A stretch of 64,000 bases of DNA from Octopus vulgaris (taxonomy: Eukaryota): positions 16,492,001 through 16,556,000 of the forward strand of contig OX597832.1 of NCBI GenBank assembly GCA_951406725.2, given 5' to 3'. Below the pieces are notes generated by a model that worked only from the letters and a program-made list of their open reading frames with translations, was not told where the DNA came from and ran no database searches. A program made the translations under genes and the position numbers. Of the stretch, positions 1 to 13,364 are shown piece by piece; within the stretch, counting starts at the first letter, position 1; every line of letters begins with the position of its first letter.

Positions 1-1121
1 AAAACAGGGTTGTATGTCAGACACACATTTGATAATATTTGCAGAAACTGAAACAGTACGAATATGATAAATGCACTTTCATTTATAAGGTAAAAAAATT
101 TGCACATTGGAAAATGGGAGAATACTTTATTGGTGTAATTTAGAACGCTATAAATTACCAACTTGCAAATAAAGTTATCAATCTGCATATGTTATGATCA
201 TTTTTTTCTGGCGAACAACGAAAATGTATTTTATGCATCTAAATAATCCGAAATACTTTTTTTATACTATCAAAGTATGTAAATAATGATTTGTATGACG
301 TCTAAAGCTTCTCGAATGAGAATATCAATCATGATTCTGTTTGAAATTAAGCGAATCAAAACGGACAAGTGTAAGTCCGTAACTCAAAGTGGACAAATTA
401 CTTTCATTACGTTAATGTATTTTTAATTTACAAATAATTCCTACAATTGCCTTGTCATCTTTTTATGTAGTTATATACACCTGACAGAGATGAATAAACA
501 AAATATATATTTACTGACTGTATACAGTTAAAGTGAATCAAGCATGGAAGCTTGTGTGATGAAATACCATCGAATGAATATGACAACTGAGGATTCAGTA
601 CGTTGGCATCTATTAATGACCAATGAGTGATTTATCTTTCATGATTCCTTAACGAGAGCTGATGTGTTTGCATCAATATCAGCATAATTCCTTTAGATAT
701 CTTCTAAGCATTGAAAAGAAATTATTCGGATAAGTTGCAGGCAATGTATAGATGCGTTTGAAGTTGAAAACATTAGGTTAATTGAATGGGGAAAATGTAT
801 ATACTTGGATTGTACATAGACAACGAAGCCAACAAGTTGTGATTTTTATATAATACACGTCCATAAATTTGTATATGTTTCTGTGTGTTAAGTTATTTGG
901 GAAGGCAGTCCAGTCAGCGTGATAACCTATGCGTGTTTGCCTATGGGCTGTTGCGTTCAACGAAACATATAGAAACATATACAAATTCCCAATGTATATA
1001 TATATATATATATTTATGTGTATATATATAGTATATATATTTATATATAAATATATATAAATGAATATATATACATGCACACATATATATGTATATGCAT
1101 GTATATATATATGTGTGTGTA

Positions 1122-1166
<45 letters not shown>

Positions 1167-1182
1167 ATATGTGTGTATATAA

Positions 1183-1231
<49 letters not shown>

Positions 1232-1568
1232 TATGTGCTCTTGTCCGTTTGTGTAATAGGCCAGATAGATAGATAGACAGATAGATAGGTAGGAAGGTAA
1301 TAAGGATGTAGATACGTAGGTAGGAAGATTCGTAGATAGGTAGGTAGGTACATAGATGGATGGATGGATTGATAGATACATGAGGCAGTGTGCACGCTTT
1401 CAAAATCTACGTTTCATGACCGTACATTATAAAATAGGTTCCCAATAATAAACACTAAATGAAATCATCAGGCAAATATGTATCATTACGTATTCACACA
1501 CAAAATAACACACGCCTCCTCACCACTATCCATTTTTTCTATCTATCTATCAATCTATATATATATAA

Positions 1569-1631
<63 letters not shown>

Positions 1632-1689
1632 TTTCTGTACGTGTCTTCCTCACACAACTCATACTCTCGCACATGTAGAGATAGACAGG

Positions 1690-1727
<38 letters not shown>

Positions 1728-3013
1728 CAGAGACAGATATTGAAAGCAGGGAACAAAGAGATAAAAACCGAAAAACAGCTCACAATCTAAATAGATATGG
1801 AGTAATAGATGTAAATATAAATGTAGATTTATTCATCTGAATATAAAATTATATCGATCGATCTGAAGTAATGTCCAGAATTTTGTGTTTTGATATATTA
1901 GAATATATTTTGCTGCTATATATCATTATAAAATATATATCGAATCCTAAATTATGAGATTGACAAACTCGAAATTTTCAGTTTGTGTTGCTGTCACCTT
2001 TGTATACAGAAAGAGATTTAATAGCTTTAAAAATACGCTAATGTTTGAAATGTTTATTCTGTAGTTCGACAAGTATATAAGTACTGTATTTTCATTATAT
2101 TTTATATTCAACAAATGAAAGTAAAATTTCGATACAGTTTTTGTCCAAACAATCTCTGTAAATTTAAAGCGTTATAAAAAAGAAGTCAATAGCAACTTAT
2201 AGCTTGTTAAGAGTGTCAATAAATATTTCATAGGTTACGCAAACATAAAGGTATAGAATTGGCAGAGACGTTCCGGCATCGTTGACAGGTGGTCCGTTAT
2301 TTGTTTGGGAGTAATAAAAGCAATTCCCATTTCACAGTGTTAAACTTTGAATTTACCGTTTACTGTTTCGATAAATAAATTTCCATCAAAGTCATCGATT
2401 CATTTATGTGTGGCACTTATCCTCCCACGATTGGTTATAATTTACTTCTGTTACACAGCAATTATTTCTTAACTATTTATTCATACATTTTTATTACTCT
2501 TAACATATTAGTTATAGTCATTCATTCGTTTTCTCTTTCAATTACCTTCGACGTATGCCTTGTGAACCAACAAATTAAGTAGAAATCTTCAAGCTAAGTA
2601 ATTCTTCCCACGATTTTAAAATGTGCTTTTTTCAATTCCCTAATAGAGTATTCGAAATAAATCTTATAGCTGAGACAGAACAATTATTGGGACACATTAA
2701 ATAAAATTTAAACTCTTGGTGTTTCCCTATATCATTCAATGCTTGGCATTTTTATTTAGTTACCGCCTCATATGTGACTAGTTTCAGTTTTATTTTATAT
2801 ATAATATATAAGGAATCCACTTAAAGGGAGTTCAACACATTAGAATGAACAGCTAGGTTCTGTAAAGCACAAAAATAACGGATAAAATTCGACAGGATTA
2901 AAAAAATTACCATCTAATACCCTGGACCAATTGGTTTCTGATCATCTTTTAGCGAGTCAAGGGGGACTCACAAGGTCTGATTTCTATTGAATTTTTTGCT
3001 ACCCTAAATTGAT

Positions 3014-3061
<48 letters not shown>

Positions 3062-3217
3062 TATGTATGTATGCATATGTATGTGTGTAAATATGTCTTC
3101 CTATACGATACTGAGTGGTTTCTTTTCTTGATCACACTTGAAGGAAGTATGAGATCAGAGTTACTACAGCATCGGACTCTACTGATTTTCTATTTTATAT
3201 ATATATAATAGAAAATC

Positions 3218-3720
3218 CATAAATATTAGAGAGTGACTACTATGTGGTTCACTCTAGTGCTAAAAGTATTATCGCTCTTTTGGCGGGGAAATTTGAATCA
3301 TAACTACGAATTGAATCGATTAAACGCACGTGTATTTGACGCTCGCTGCGACTTAATAAAATGTATTTAAGACAAACCTCTGCTGAAGATTTATGGATGT
3401 TGTGTAAGTAAAACTGCTTATTACATTAATAATGAAACAATTGTTCGGGGTTAATCTACTTTTTCGTTGTGTTTCACTTAGCTTACGTTAAATGTAGTGG
3501 TATTTCTTCTTGGAAACAACTTTTAGTGGCTATACCATTAGTGGAGCTATTTTTATCACTAGAGTGAAACACATTGTGGTCACTCTCTAATATTTATGTA
3601 TAAATCTGTATTTTTCCCTTGGTTTTTATGTGCTAAGACACTTGGTGTTAAATTGATGGTATTATTAAATTAATATCAAATTTTTCACACTCATTTATAA
3701 ATTTATATCAATATATCAAT
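3218..3720 (+). mobile_element. Old Penelope-type pLTR-like element with 5' inverted segment and degenerate hammerhead core
   Basis: 3218-3268 is the reverse complement of 3548-3598 (about 5 mismatches in 51 bp). Between them lies AACCT-CTGCTGA...GAAAC-AATT-GTT-CGGGGTT (3375-3452), a decayed CUGANGA/GAAAC core. A short (TA)n lies on the left. Confidence 0.45.
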
Positions 3721-4083
3721 ACATGTATGTATCTATGTATTGTACTGAAATTGCGTGCTTGTGCGTGCATGTGTGTGTGAGAATGTATGTATATGTGTAA
3801 GTATACGTATATATGTCCAAGTATTACGTTATCCATACACACATCCACACACACACAGGCATATTTATTTATATTTAATAAACTTATATACATATTCACA
3901 ATTACACACAAAATTCCGTGTGCAAAAACATACCATTCAATTTTATGCGGATGGATAAATGAATAACATAATCCAACACTTATCCGAGGTTAGATGGACC
4001 TCGGATTTAATAATTTGTTGTCGTAGATAAGTAGTCCCCATGATTAAATGGATAGATCAGAAAAGTTTTACGAAATGTTAATA

Positions 4084-4246
4084 AGGCGCAGTAGTGGCTA
4101 TGTGGTAAGTAGCTTGCTAACCAACCACATGGTTGCGGGTTCAGTCCCACTGCGTAGCATCTTGGGCAAGTGTCTTCTGCTATAGCTCCGGGCCGACCAA
4201 TGCCTTGTGAGTGGATTTGGTAGACAGAAACTGAAAGAAGCCTGTC

Positions 4247-4310
<64 letters not shown>

Positions 4311-4530
4311 TTGTGTGTCTGTGTTTGTCCCCCTAGCATTGCTTGACAACCGATGCTGGCGTGTTTACGTCCCCGTCACTTAGCGGATCGGCAAAAGAGA
4401 CCGATATTATAAGTACTGGGCTTACAAAGAATAAATCCCCGGGTCAATTTGCTCGACTAAAAGCGGTGCTCCAGCATGGGCATAGTCAAATGACTGAAAC
4501 AAGTAAAAGAGAAAAGAAAGAGAAAGAGAA
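4084..4530 (+). mobile_element. SINE family A, full length (tRNA-derived head, internal (TA)n(TG)n, CR1-like tail)
   Basis: Head has A/B-box-like motifs (TGGCTATGTGGT...GGGTTCAGTCCC) and a CORE-like CTTGGGCAAGTG. Near-identical copies occur at 25794, 34181 and 37262. Confidence 0.9.
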
Positions 4531-5115
4531 TTTACTTATAATTCCATGACGAAAAATAATTGGTATGATATTTCATAAAGTGCAGCAGAAATATTGATTT
4601 AATATAGTGTAGAATAAAAGGAATCGATTATTCAAATCTACAGAAATTATATACCAAGGTGCATGCCAACATGTACGTATCAAAATGGCAGAGATGTAGT
4701 TATTAATTGTGCTGCATTATCAAAGCATTTGTATCAGTGATTTAATGTGTGTCACGATACGTACTTTAGGAAATTTTGCGTTCGAAATTAAGGCAAAATT
4801 CGATTCATCTATAAATCAATTCCTTGATTTTACTTTTGAAATTGGTATTAGCTCATTCCTTTGTTCTTCATGTCTTCAGCCACTCCTGATTTATTTCACT
4901 GTGGCATGCAAAACAAATTAGCATATTATATAACTGTATTTCCGCATTCGTTAGTACAGAATGTTTGAATTTATTAACAAATTAAAGAGATTTTAATTTA
5001 CATAAGTTTATCTTAGTCATTCATTAAATAGGAGTGCAGAAATATGTTTATATATGTATATACAATAATTACATGTGTTTATGTGTGTATATGTATATAT
5101 CTATCTATCTATCTA

Positions 5116-5163
<48 letters not shown>

Positions 5164-5217
5164 TATAAATACATATATATTCATACATATATAAATATAT
5201 ACTTATAAATATATATT

Positions 5218-5295
<78 letters not shown>

Positions 5296-5306
5296 AGTAT
5301 ATATAT

Positions 5307-5360
5307 ATTCACACACGCATATTTATATATATATATATATATAAATATGCGTGTGTGAAT
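5307..5360. repeat. Perfect 54-bp palindrome centred on (AT)9
   Basis: ATTCACACACGCATATTT-(AT)9-AAATATGCGTGTGTGAAT. Confidence 0.9.
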
Positions 5361-5769
5361 GTGTTTGTGTGTGTATTTGGCTCATTCGCCTTAACTTATT
5401 GAATCTCTTCTTTTAGATTATTTCTTCCTATATTTCGAAAGTGTTGGCAAGATTAGCAGTCCCGCATACATGAAAGACAGCTATAGCCGGACGAAATATG
5501 ATGTGAAGGATTAAACGTAATGGTGGCACGTGACTTTTGCCGTGAATACAAATTGCCGAAAAGGAAACTTCAAAGCATCTATCCAACTTTCTCAGCGCCT
5601 TACCTAATCTTTGTATTGAACTGGAATGCAAGATATATGTTATCCTCGCCAGCATTTCAACTTAGAGCTCAAGGAGACAGAACCAGTTTTAAAAGACAAT
5701 ATCTTCTATCATCTTACTACATTTCTCTTCCACCCTTCTCTGTTACTCTCTTCCTCACTATATATCGAT

Positions 5770-5774
5770 ATATC

Positions 5775-5853
<79 letters not shown>

Positions 5854-5862
5854 ATCTATCTG

Positions 5863-5929
<67 letters not shown>

Positions 5930-5930
5930 T
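5770..5930. repeat. (TATC)n/(TA)n microsatellite
   Basis: Direct reading. Confidence 0.95.
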
Positions 5931-6825
5931 TCCCTATGTGACTTTCTCTCTCTCTCTCTCTCCACCTTCCTCTTTATATATCGATTTATCTATCTACAGT
6001 GATTGTTCAATCGCAGAGATCACATTCGGAATTTTCAAGTGCTAGAGAAGCGTAGTGCACTGCAGAGTAATGCCTGGTGCAGACACTCCGATGGATCTAA
6101 TACTAATATTTGAGAATTTGGGGGTGGGTGAGATTACAATGTAACGTGTAGATTCGTAATAATATTGTGGCAGATAGTGCAGCAAAATATTCAACGAATG
6201 AGATCCATGAGGGGATGCTTCAATGTCTTCGAAAACTTGTACACAACTGGCGAGGGCTGTTTGATTAAGAAGGCAGAGACACCAATTTTAGAACATTTGA
6301 AATCACCTTGTATCACAGCAAATACACTGATCTATCTATCTGTCTATCACTTTATATACATACATCCACCTACCTACCTATATATCTGTCAGTCTGTCCA
6401 TCCATCCATCCATCCACCAACCCACCTCTCTCCCTCTTCATATATATATATATATATATTTAACGTAGGATAATATTTTTTCGAAAAAAAAATGTTATCA
6501 TTGGCCAGCATATTAAAAAATACCTTTAAAGGTTAAAATTATAAAGATTAAGAGTTGTATATATATATATATATATAACTACATAAACAAATATTTTTTT
6601 AATAAATAAACGCGAAAGGCTTTGTGAGTTAGATGACAGCTACGATTAGTGGGATCGATTTTTTATCATTTGTTTATATTTAAAAAATATCAATTTAGAA
6701 TCAAAGATTAAATATCATTATCACATATATTATATGCAGTTAGTGCCCAGTATGTATATGCGTGTGCGTGCGTGCGTGTGTGTGTGCGTTGGTCTCCCAA
6801 CCTCTAATTGTCACAGAAATATATT

Positions 6826-6858
<33 letters not shown>

Positions 6859-6865
6859 GCATACA

Positions 6866-6942
6866 TATTTCTTTATTGCCCAAAGGGTGCAATACATAGA
6901 GGGGACAAACAGGGATAGACAAAGAGTTTACGTCGATCACAT
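6866..6942 (-). mobile_element. SINE family B 3' fragment
   Basis: TTTCTTTATTGCCC-AAAGGG...AGAGGGGACAAACAGGGA matches the SINE B tail at 11869. Confidence 0.7.
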
Positions 6943-6944
6943 CT

Positions 6945-9100
6945 CATGCATTCGAATACTTTTCACCAACATTCCAATCTACACCATATTTTGGAAGAGA
7001 AGTGCAAGGCAACTCTAGGATTTCAAAGAATCTTTTTTGTGTTGGCAGTAACGACACCCTACAGTTGTGTCTGCCCACCTGATTTAGGATTTATTCATGC
7101 TCATTTGCTCGGTTTTGAGTCAAATGGATCCTGCAGAGCAAGCTTCGTTTTTTTGTTTCTCAAAATGCAAGCGCCACAAGCTCCTCAGATAGGCCCCACA
7201 AATGTGTCATAATTTTATTGAGTGCAGCACTTGCAATTTTGTCATCCTTTTGCTTGTAGACCTGCAGACTTTGCCCAAAATTCAAATCTGAAAGGGGAGG
7301 GTGGTGCGCATGAGGGTACGGATACCAGTTACTACTATCTGATGTATATCTAAACATTTTTCTCTCTCTCTCAGATTAAACTGAGATTTAAACATCCAAA
7401 TTTTAATGCAGTAAATTAACTTGGTCATTCATCATGCTATGTAATAAGCTCCGGGTGCTTTAAATTTGATTTGTGATTTGAGGGTACAACCGAAGAGAAT
7501 GAGCGTTACCTCAAGCAATGACTTCTAGTCATCAAACTGAGCTTTAGCAAATTGAATGATTGCTTCAGCATTTGAGATTTTCTCTGCAATGTTAGGGTCA
7601 TATGTTGCTGTTTGGTAATTGTTTTTTGACAATTTCCATCCATTTTAATTTGAATCTTTTAAACAGTTGTATTTTAGGGCTAGTAGAAAATGGCTAGGAG
7701 AGAGAGACTGCAGATGCTAACACCATTTCGAAAATGAGATATCGGCAAATCAGCCACAGCATGTCTTTATTCAATCTTTGATCTAGTAACATACAAGCAT
7801 CACTCCTAGAATCTGTGTTCGAGAGAGTGGTGTTAAAACAAATACCCTTCACTTTGTCAGATATATTCCACTCTAGTATGGAACTGATGGAGAGTATCTG
7901 CAACGCTTTGACCTACTCCTCTGAAGCTGATCAACTCTTTGTTCAGAAATTAGAACTGGCAGTCGTTCAACAATTTTCTGACCAGTAATATTTTCTCTTT
8001 CTCTGCCGTCCCAATGTATTTCGACAGGGTCAGCAACAAATTCTTCTTCAGATGTTGATTCTAACTTGAAGGATTTGAGCTTGAGTGTACCGTTGCTTGG
8101 AAAATTGCCGTTACCCTCTTCCTTTTCTTTTCGAACAATGCTTCCCTTTCTCTAGCAATCTCTTCTATTTGTGATAAAACTTTATCCCCTCCAGCCATTT
8201 TACCTTTTCGTCCCTTTTGTCGTTGCAGCATAAAAAAACTCACGATTTTCGTCTATATTTATCATGTCAAGAGCAATTGTATGTGCAATATCAAACATAT
8301 CTTCCAAGTAATTTTGTCAGCTCTCTTGTTTTTGAAGTATCGTAGGTGATTACTTATTATTTCTGTTCTTCTTCAGTTTCGCCCACTCGTTGATAATTTT
8401 CTTTTCTCTCTCCACAACATTACACTTCAATACTTTTGGGATGCGTGCATTTTCCCATGCCTCCATAACATCTCCCGCAGTCGAAAAAGTCGTTGTCGTC
8501 AGCTGTTGCTTTTCGTTGTTCTTGTAGTTTATAAACAATGCTACTATTTCCCTCTTAGATGGAAGCTGGCTTTCTTTGAAGGACTTACAGGATTCCTGTG
8601 AGTCAAACAACTGTTTTGTAACGCATATGCCGCCCCATAACTGCAACAGCTATAGTCATATACAACCACTCTCACCGAAGGAAGCAAAGATAATGAGACA
8701 GTGATACCGAACTTACACTGACGCGGCCGCCACAGTGACGTTACAGCAAAGTAATGATGGTAGAATGTTCGGCCACGGTGTCTGTAGCAATGAATGGGAT
8801 GAGAAGGTTTATGGGAAGTGGTTCAGATTCTGTTATGTCTGCTATATGTTGCAGACTTCCATTTTTGATGAAATCTGCAAATGTACAATAAATACAAACT
8901 GAAAAATAACAATATACAATGGCGAGTCTATGGAGAAGGTAACCTCTACAAATGTCTTATATTTTTTACATGAAAAATAATCCTGTTCCTCCGAAATAGA
9001 TTCCATTAAAAGCATTATTTGAACGCAGAAAAATACGTGAAAACAAACATTATTTTCTGACATTTTTCAATCATTGTTACAGTAGAAAGCTCTTTTTCTA
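6945..9100 (-). mobile_element. Decayed hAT-group DDE transposase (hATm / cc8K15.2-like)
   Basis: Collinear minus-strand fragments with many stops and frameshifts: QLPSKREIV..WENARIP, LQRQKGRKG, HWDG, EWNISDKVKGICFNTTLSNT..GAC-like..LWLICRY (DTTxSNTG / CRHH-like), FKAPGA..KLIYCIKIWMF, HLWGLSEELVALAF. The upstream boundary is approximate. Confidence 0.75.
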
Positions 9101-10615
9101 GATTTCAAAGCCGTGGGATCGAATTGAACAATAAGTATTTAAATATCCAAATACAGTTCCTACCTCAAATATATTTATACAATTTTCGACAAGTTTCATT
9201 ATGAGGCAATTGAACATCATATATGCATATGTACAATAAACTGATTTGTTCAATTAATCATTCAAATCCCGCATTACCCGAACAATCATTATACAATTTA
9301 TCATAAATTTTGAAGGTTGAATGTCTATATCTTCCCAGAAAAAACGGAAAACTTCCCTGCAAATTTTCTTGAATGAACACAATTTTTTTGCGTGATTTCG
9401 TTTTAGAAATACGCAGATAAAAATTATTGAAATTATATTTATTTCCCTATATATAGTTGTTAGTTTTCCAAAAGTTTTCAGTATATGATATTTACGACAA
9501 AAAAATCTGTAATATTACATAGGAAGTCTGGTTATGCAAAAAGAAAATTTAGTTGTTTTTTTTCTACCGTATACGAAGATATTGAGAATCACCGACTGAA
9601 ATAAACATGATAAAAATTGATCATCACAATTCTATGTAGCAAAATGTAGAATTAAAATATCCACTCTCTTTATTTGAAGATATTTTGACATCCAAATATT
9701 AAGCAGGGAAACTCAACTGACAGATTTATCAGTTCATAAATGTCAAGACTGTACGGAAGATATTCCAGAAGACAGCTGGGTTAAAATAATAAATTATCAA
9801 AATATTCTTTGATTTCAAATATAAAAATACACAAGAAATAAATATTACTGCTTTATATCAGTGAGGAAATTTTAATAATGATGTTTTAGAAAACAGATAT
9901 GATATAATTTTTTACATTTAATATGCATAACACTGAGGATGTAAAGTAATTCAACGCACACCTGTATTAAAGGAAAAGTATTAAAGAAACCTCAAGATAT
10001 TGCTTGAATATTTAGGAATAATTTATCAGTTTTCACATATAGCAGGTAAGTTGTAAAGAATACATGATATAGTATAGAAAATCGAAACAAATATCCGCAA
10101 CATATATATAAGTGCATATATGTGTGTGGGGTATCATTGTGTGTGAGAATCTTTGTGTGTTTGTGCATTCACAGGCGATTTCTTAGCACACATTCACACA
10201 CTCACATATACACACCGAAGGATGCACACACACAAACAAACATACACAAAGCTACACACACATAGAAATTAACTAGATATATGTGGAACAGGGGAAAAAG
10301 AAATTGTTATGAACTTCATAAACTTACAAATGTTTCTTTTATATGTTTCACTGCATTAATACCTGAGTGCTTGTGTATCACCCTGTAGCTTTATCGGACC
10401 AACACCAATGGAGTGCAATTTTATTGGGGTAAGATTTTACATACATATGTATACACCGGAAGCATATCCACCGAAAAAAGAACTAAATATCTTCATGATC
10501 TTCACCATCACCAGCTTCCTGCTCACCATTTAACGGGCGTTTTCCATCTTGTCATGGGTTTTACTGAACATACTAATCAAGTAAGAAATTTGAGGGTAGA
10601 AATTTGAAAAAATTT

Positions 10616-10680
<65 letters not shown>

Positions 10681-10682
<2 letters not shown>

Positions 10683-11100
10683 CGTAAAAGACGCTGTGTG
10701 GTAAGTAGCTTGCTTAATTACTACATGGTCCCGAGTTGGGTGAGTAGTACACTCTTCATAATATAATTGTCAGATATCATTCATATTATCATATTTTAAT
10801 TTGTTCTTCATGTGCATTTTCATGTTCATTCATTATATTATATTTTATTTTTTTAATTGTTATATGTCCCCACATCTGTTGTAGTGTCCCCTAAAATAAA
10901 ATAAAGTAGCTTTCGTAACACTACATGGTTTCGGGTTCTGTCCCACTGCGTGGCACCTTGGGCAAATGTCTTCTACCCTAGCCTCGGGCCCACCAAGTCC
11001 TTGTGAGTGAATTTCGTAGACGGAAACTGAAAGAAGACAGTCAAATATATGCATATATATGTGTGTGTATATGTTTGGGAGTCTGTGTTTTTTTTCATGA
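10681..11100 (+). mobile_element. Two truncated SINE A pieces (10681-10740 and about 10903-11100) separated by AT-rich DNA
   Basis: Both match the head of the 4084 copy (GTGGTAAGTAGCTT; CCCACTGCGTGGCACCTTGGGCAA). Confidence 0.75.
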
Positions 11101-11450
11101 CACAATTAAAATTAATCAAGTATCCACTATATTCCTTCCCTAGTTTCTTTTATTGACCTTACAAATTATTAGACAGATTATCTATACATATTGCCGAACT
11201 TTCTGACAGTATATGACATAACAGCTGTCGATATCCGGATTTAAAGATTTATATATATATATATATACACACAAACAGACACACACAATAATATAACTGT
11301 ACTTTTATATGTAGAAAGAGCCTTAGAAAGCGAAGGTAGAGTATATTCTACGATTCATGGTTTTCGATACATCCTCAATATATGTATATAAGCGTGTGTG
11401 TGCGTTCGCGCGATCGTGTCTGTGCGTATTTTTGTATATACGCACACACA

Positions 11451-11502
<52 letters not shown>

Positions 11503-11868
11503 AAAACACACACAGGCGCGGGCGTGATTCGTGTATGTGCCTGTGTGTTTTACTCGTTATCATGCACGATCGATGCATATGCTTGTTTATATAGAATTCA
11601 TTCGCTTTTAGAAGTTCAATCTTTCATCTGAAATGCATCACTGAAACTGTCAGATCGAAGTTTGAAATATGCTGTTTAGAGATCTACAAGAGAAACAGAA
11701 CGATTCAGCATTCGTTCGCATATTGAGTATTACAATTTAAAAAACGAAGTTACTTAACATTGATGCAAATTTGAACAGCGTATCGCATAAGTGAAGTAAG
11801 TCACCCTTTGCAACGCAGAGAATACCTATGCAAATTGTACATTTGCGGTGTAGTACACTTGAAATACC

Positions 11869-12100
11869 TATTTCTTTATTACCCACAAGGGGCTAAACAC
11901 AGAGGGGACAAACAAGGACAGACATAGGTGTTAAGTCGGTTACATCGACCCCAGTGCGTAACTGGTACTTAATTTATCGACCCCGAAAGGATGAAAGGCA
12001 AAGTCGACCTCGGCGGAATTTGAACTCACAACGTAACGGCAGACGAAATACCGCTAAGCATTTCGCCCGGCGTGCTAACGTTTCTGCCAGCTCGCCGCTT
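11869..12100 (-). mobile_element. SINE family B, full length (tandem copy 1)
   Basis: tRNA-like head (GGCAGAAACGTTAGCACGCC...GAGTTCAAATTCC). Flanked by a 15-bp TSD TA(C/T)ACTTGAAATACC. Confidence 0.92.
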
Positions 12101-12115
12101 TATACTTGAAATACC

Positions 12116-12346
12116 TATTTCTTTATTACCCACAAGGGGCTAAACACAGAGGGGACAAACAAGGACAGACATAGGTATTAAGTCAATTACATCGACCCCA
12201 GTGCGTAACTGGTACTTAATTTATCGACCCCGAAAGGATGAAAGGCGAAGTCGACCTCGGCGGAATTTGAACTCACAACGTAACGCAGACGAAATACCGC
12301 TAAGCATTTCGCCCGGCGTGCTAACGTTTCTGCCAGCTCGCCGCTT
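12116..12346 (-). mobile_element. SINE family B, full length (tandem copy 2)
   Basis: About 5 differences from copy 1. A third TSD copy lies at 12347-12361. Confidence 0.92.
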
Positions 12347-12851
12347 TATACTTGAAATACCATAGAAAGAAAAGTATGAATCGAAACAATATACTCTCTC
12401 GCTCTCTAAAACTCTTTCTACATATGTTAATACAGATACATTTCAACGTGTGTTGGTGCGTGTGTGTGTGCGTGTGTTTGTATCTCTGTGTATTTACATA
12501 CTCATATGTTTTTCTACTATAGGCACATGGCACGATATTTTTGGTAAGGGGACCAGTCGATTAGATCGACCCCGCTACAAAACTTAATTTATCGACCCCC
12601 AAAAGGATGATAGACAAAGTCGACCTTATATATACATATTTATGACATATATGCACGCATATATATATACATACATACATACATACATATATATATATAT
12701 ACCAATTAAGGACTGAACGGGAAAAAGTGGACAGTCAGCATGCTAGATATAGACGTCAAATCGCCATTCTCCACAAAATTATGTTCTCTGATCAAACTCA
12801 ACACCAACCCAAGCAATAAACAAGTGAAAATATACGAAAAATAATACTCAT

Positions 12852-12916
12852 CCATGTACTGAATCAGTTTTGACTATTATTAACCGTAAGGATACCCGTA
12901 GTCTTCGTCAGCATGG
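12852..12916 (-). ncRNA. Hammerhead ribozyme, inverted copy, probably inactive (G12 to A)
   Basis: Minus strand reads CCATG-CTGACGA-A-GACTA...TAGTC-AAAAC-TGATTCA-GTA-CATGG, so GAAAC has become AAAAC. Confidence 0.75.
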
Positions 12917-13299
12917 CCGATATGAATGAAATCTGCTAAACTAGATGCAAAAAAACGATACCGGAGTATCATCATGTGCGTAGAGTTCAACCGATTTTCG
13001 TGTTCAGTCCTTAATTGGTATATATAAAAATATTTAATCTTCAGATTTTTTTAATATGTTATTGATAAATATTGATATCTACCCTTAAGTAATTTTATAA
13101 AAAAATAAATATGTTTCTCTAACCGATAAATTGACTGCTGCTAATTATTAGCTGCAGGCTATTTTCTTCGGGTCTCAACGCGCCAAAGTGAAAGGCATTT
13201 GAAATTTACATTCAGATGTAATCGGTTGAACTCTACGCACATGATGATACTCCGGTATCGTTTTTTTGCATCTAGTTCAGCAGATTTCATTCATATCGG

Positions 13300-13364
13300 C
13301 CATGCTGACGAAGACTACGGGTATCCTTAGGGATAATAATAGTCGAAACTGATTCAGTACATGG
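13300..13364 (+). ncRNA. Type I hammerhead ribozyme with intact core
   Basis: Stem I CCATG/CATGG; core CTGACGA plus an extra A; stem II GACTA/TAGTC enclosing a TATCC-TTAG-GGATA hairpin; GAA; stem III ACTG-ATT-CAGT; GTA cleavage triplet at 13357-13359. Confidence 0.85.

Noticed and set aside
778-1783. Long YI/IY-, LSIY- and HT-rich ORFs here and throughout the window
   Set aside because: They are translations of (TA)n, (GATA)n and (CA)n microsatellites that lack stops in some frames.
6460-6730. Possible pLTR-like piece between (TA)n tracts containing TAAACGCGAAAGG
   Set aside because: Too far from GAAACGCGTA, with no CTGANGA or stems.
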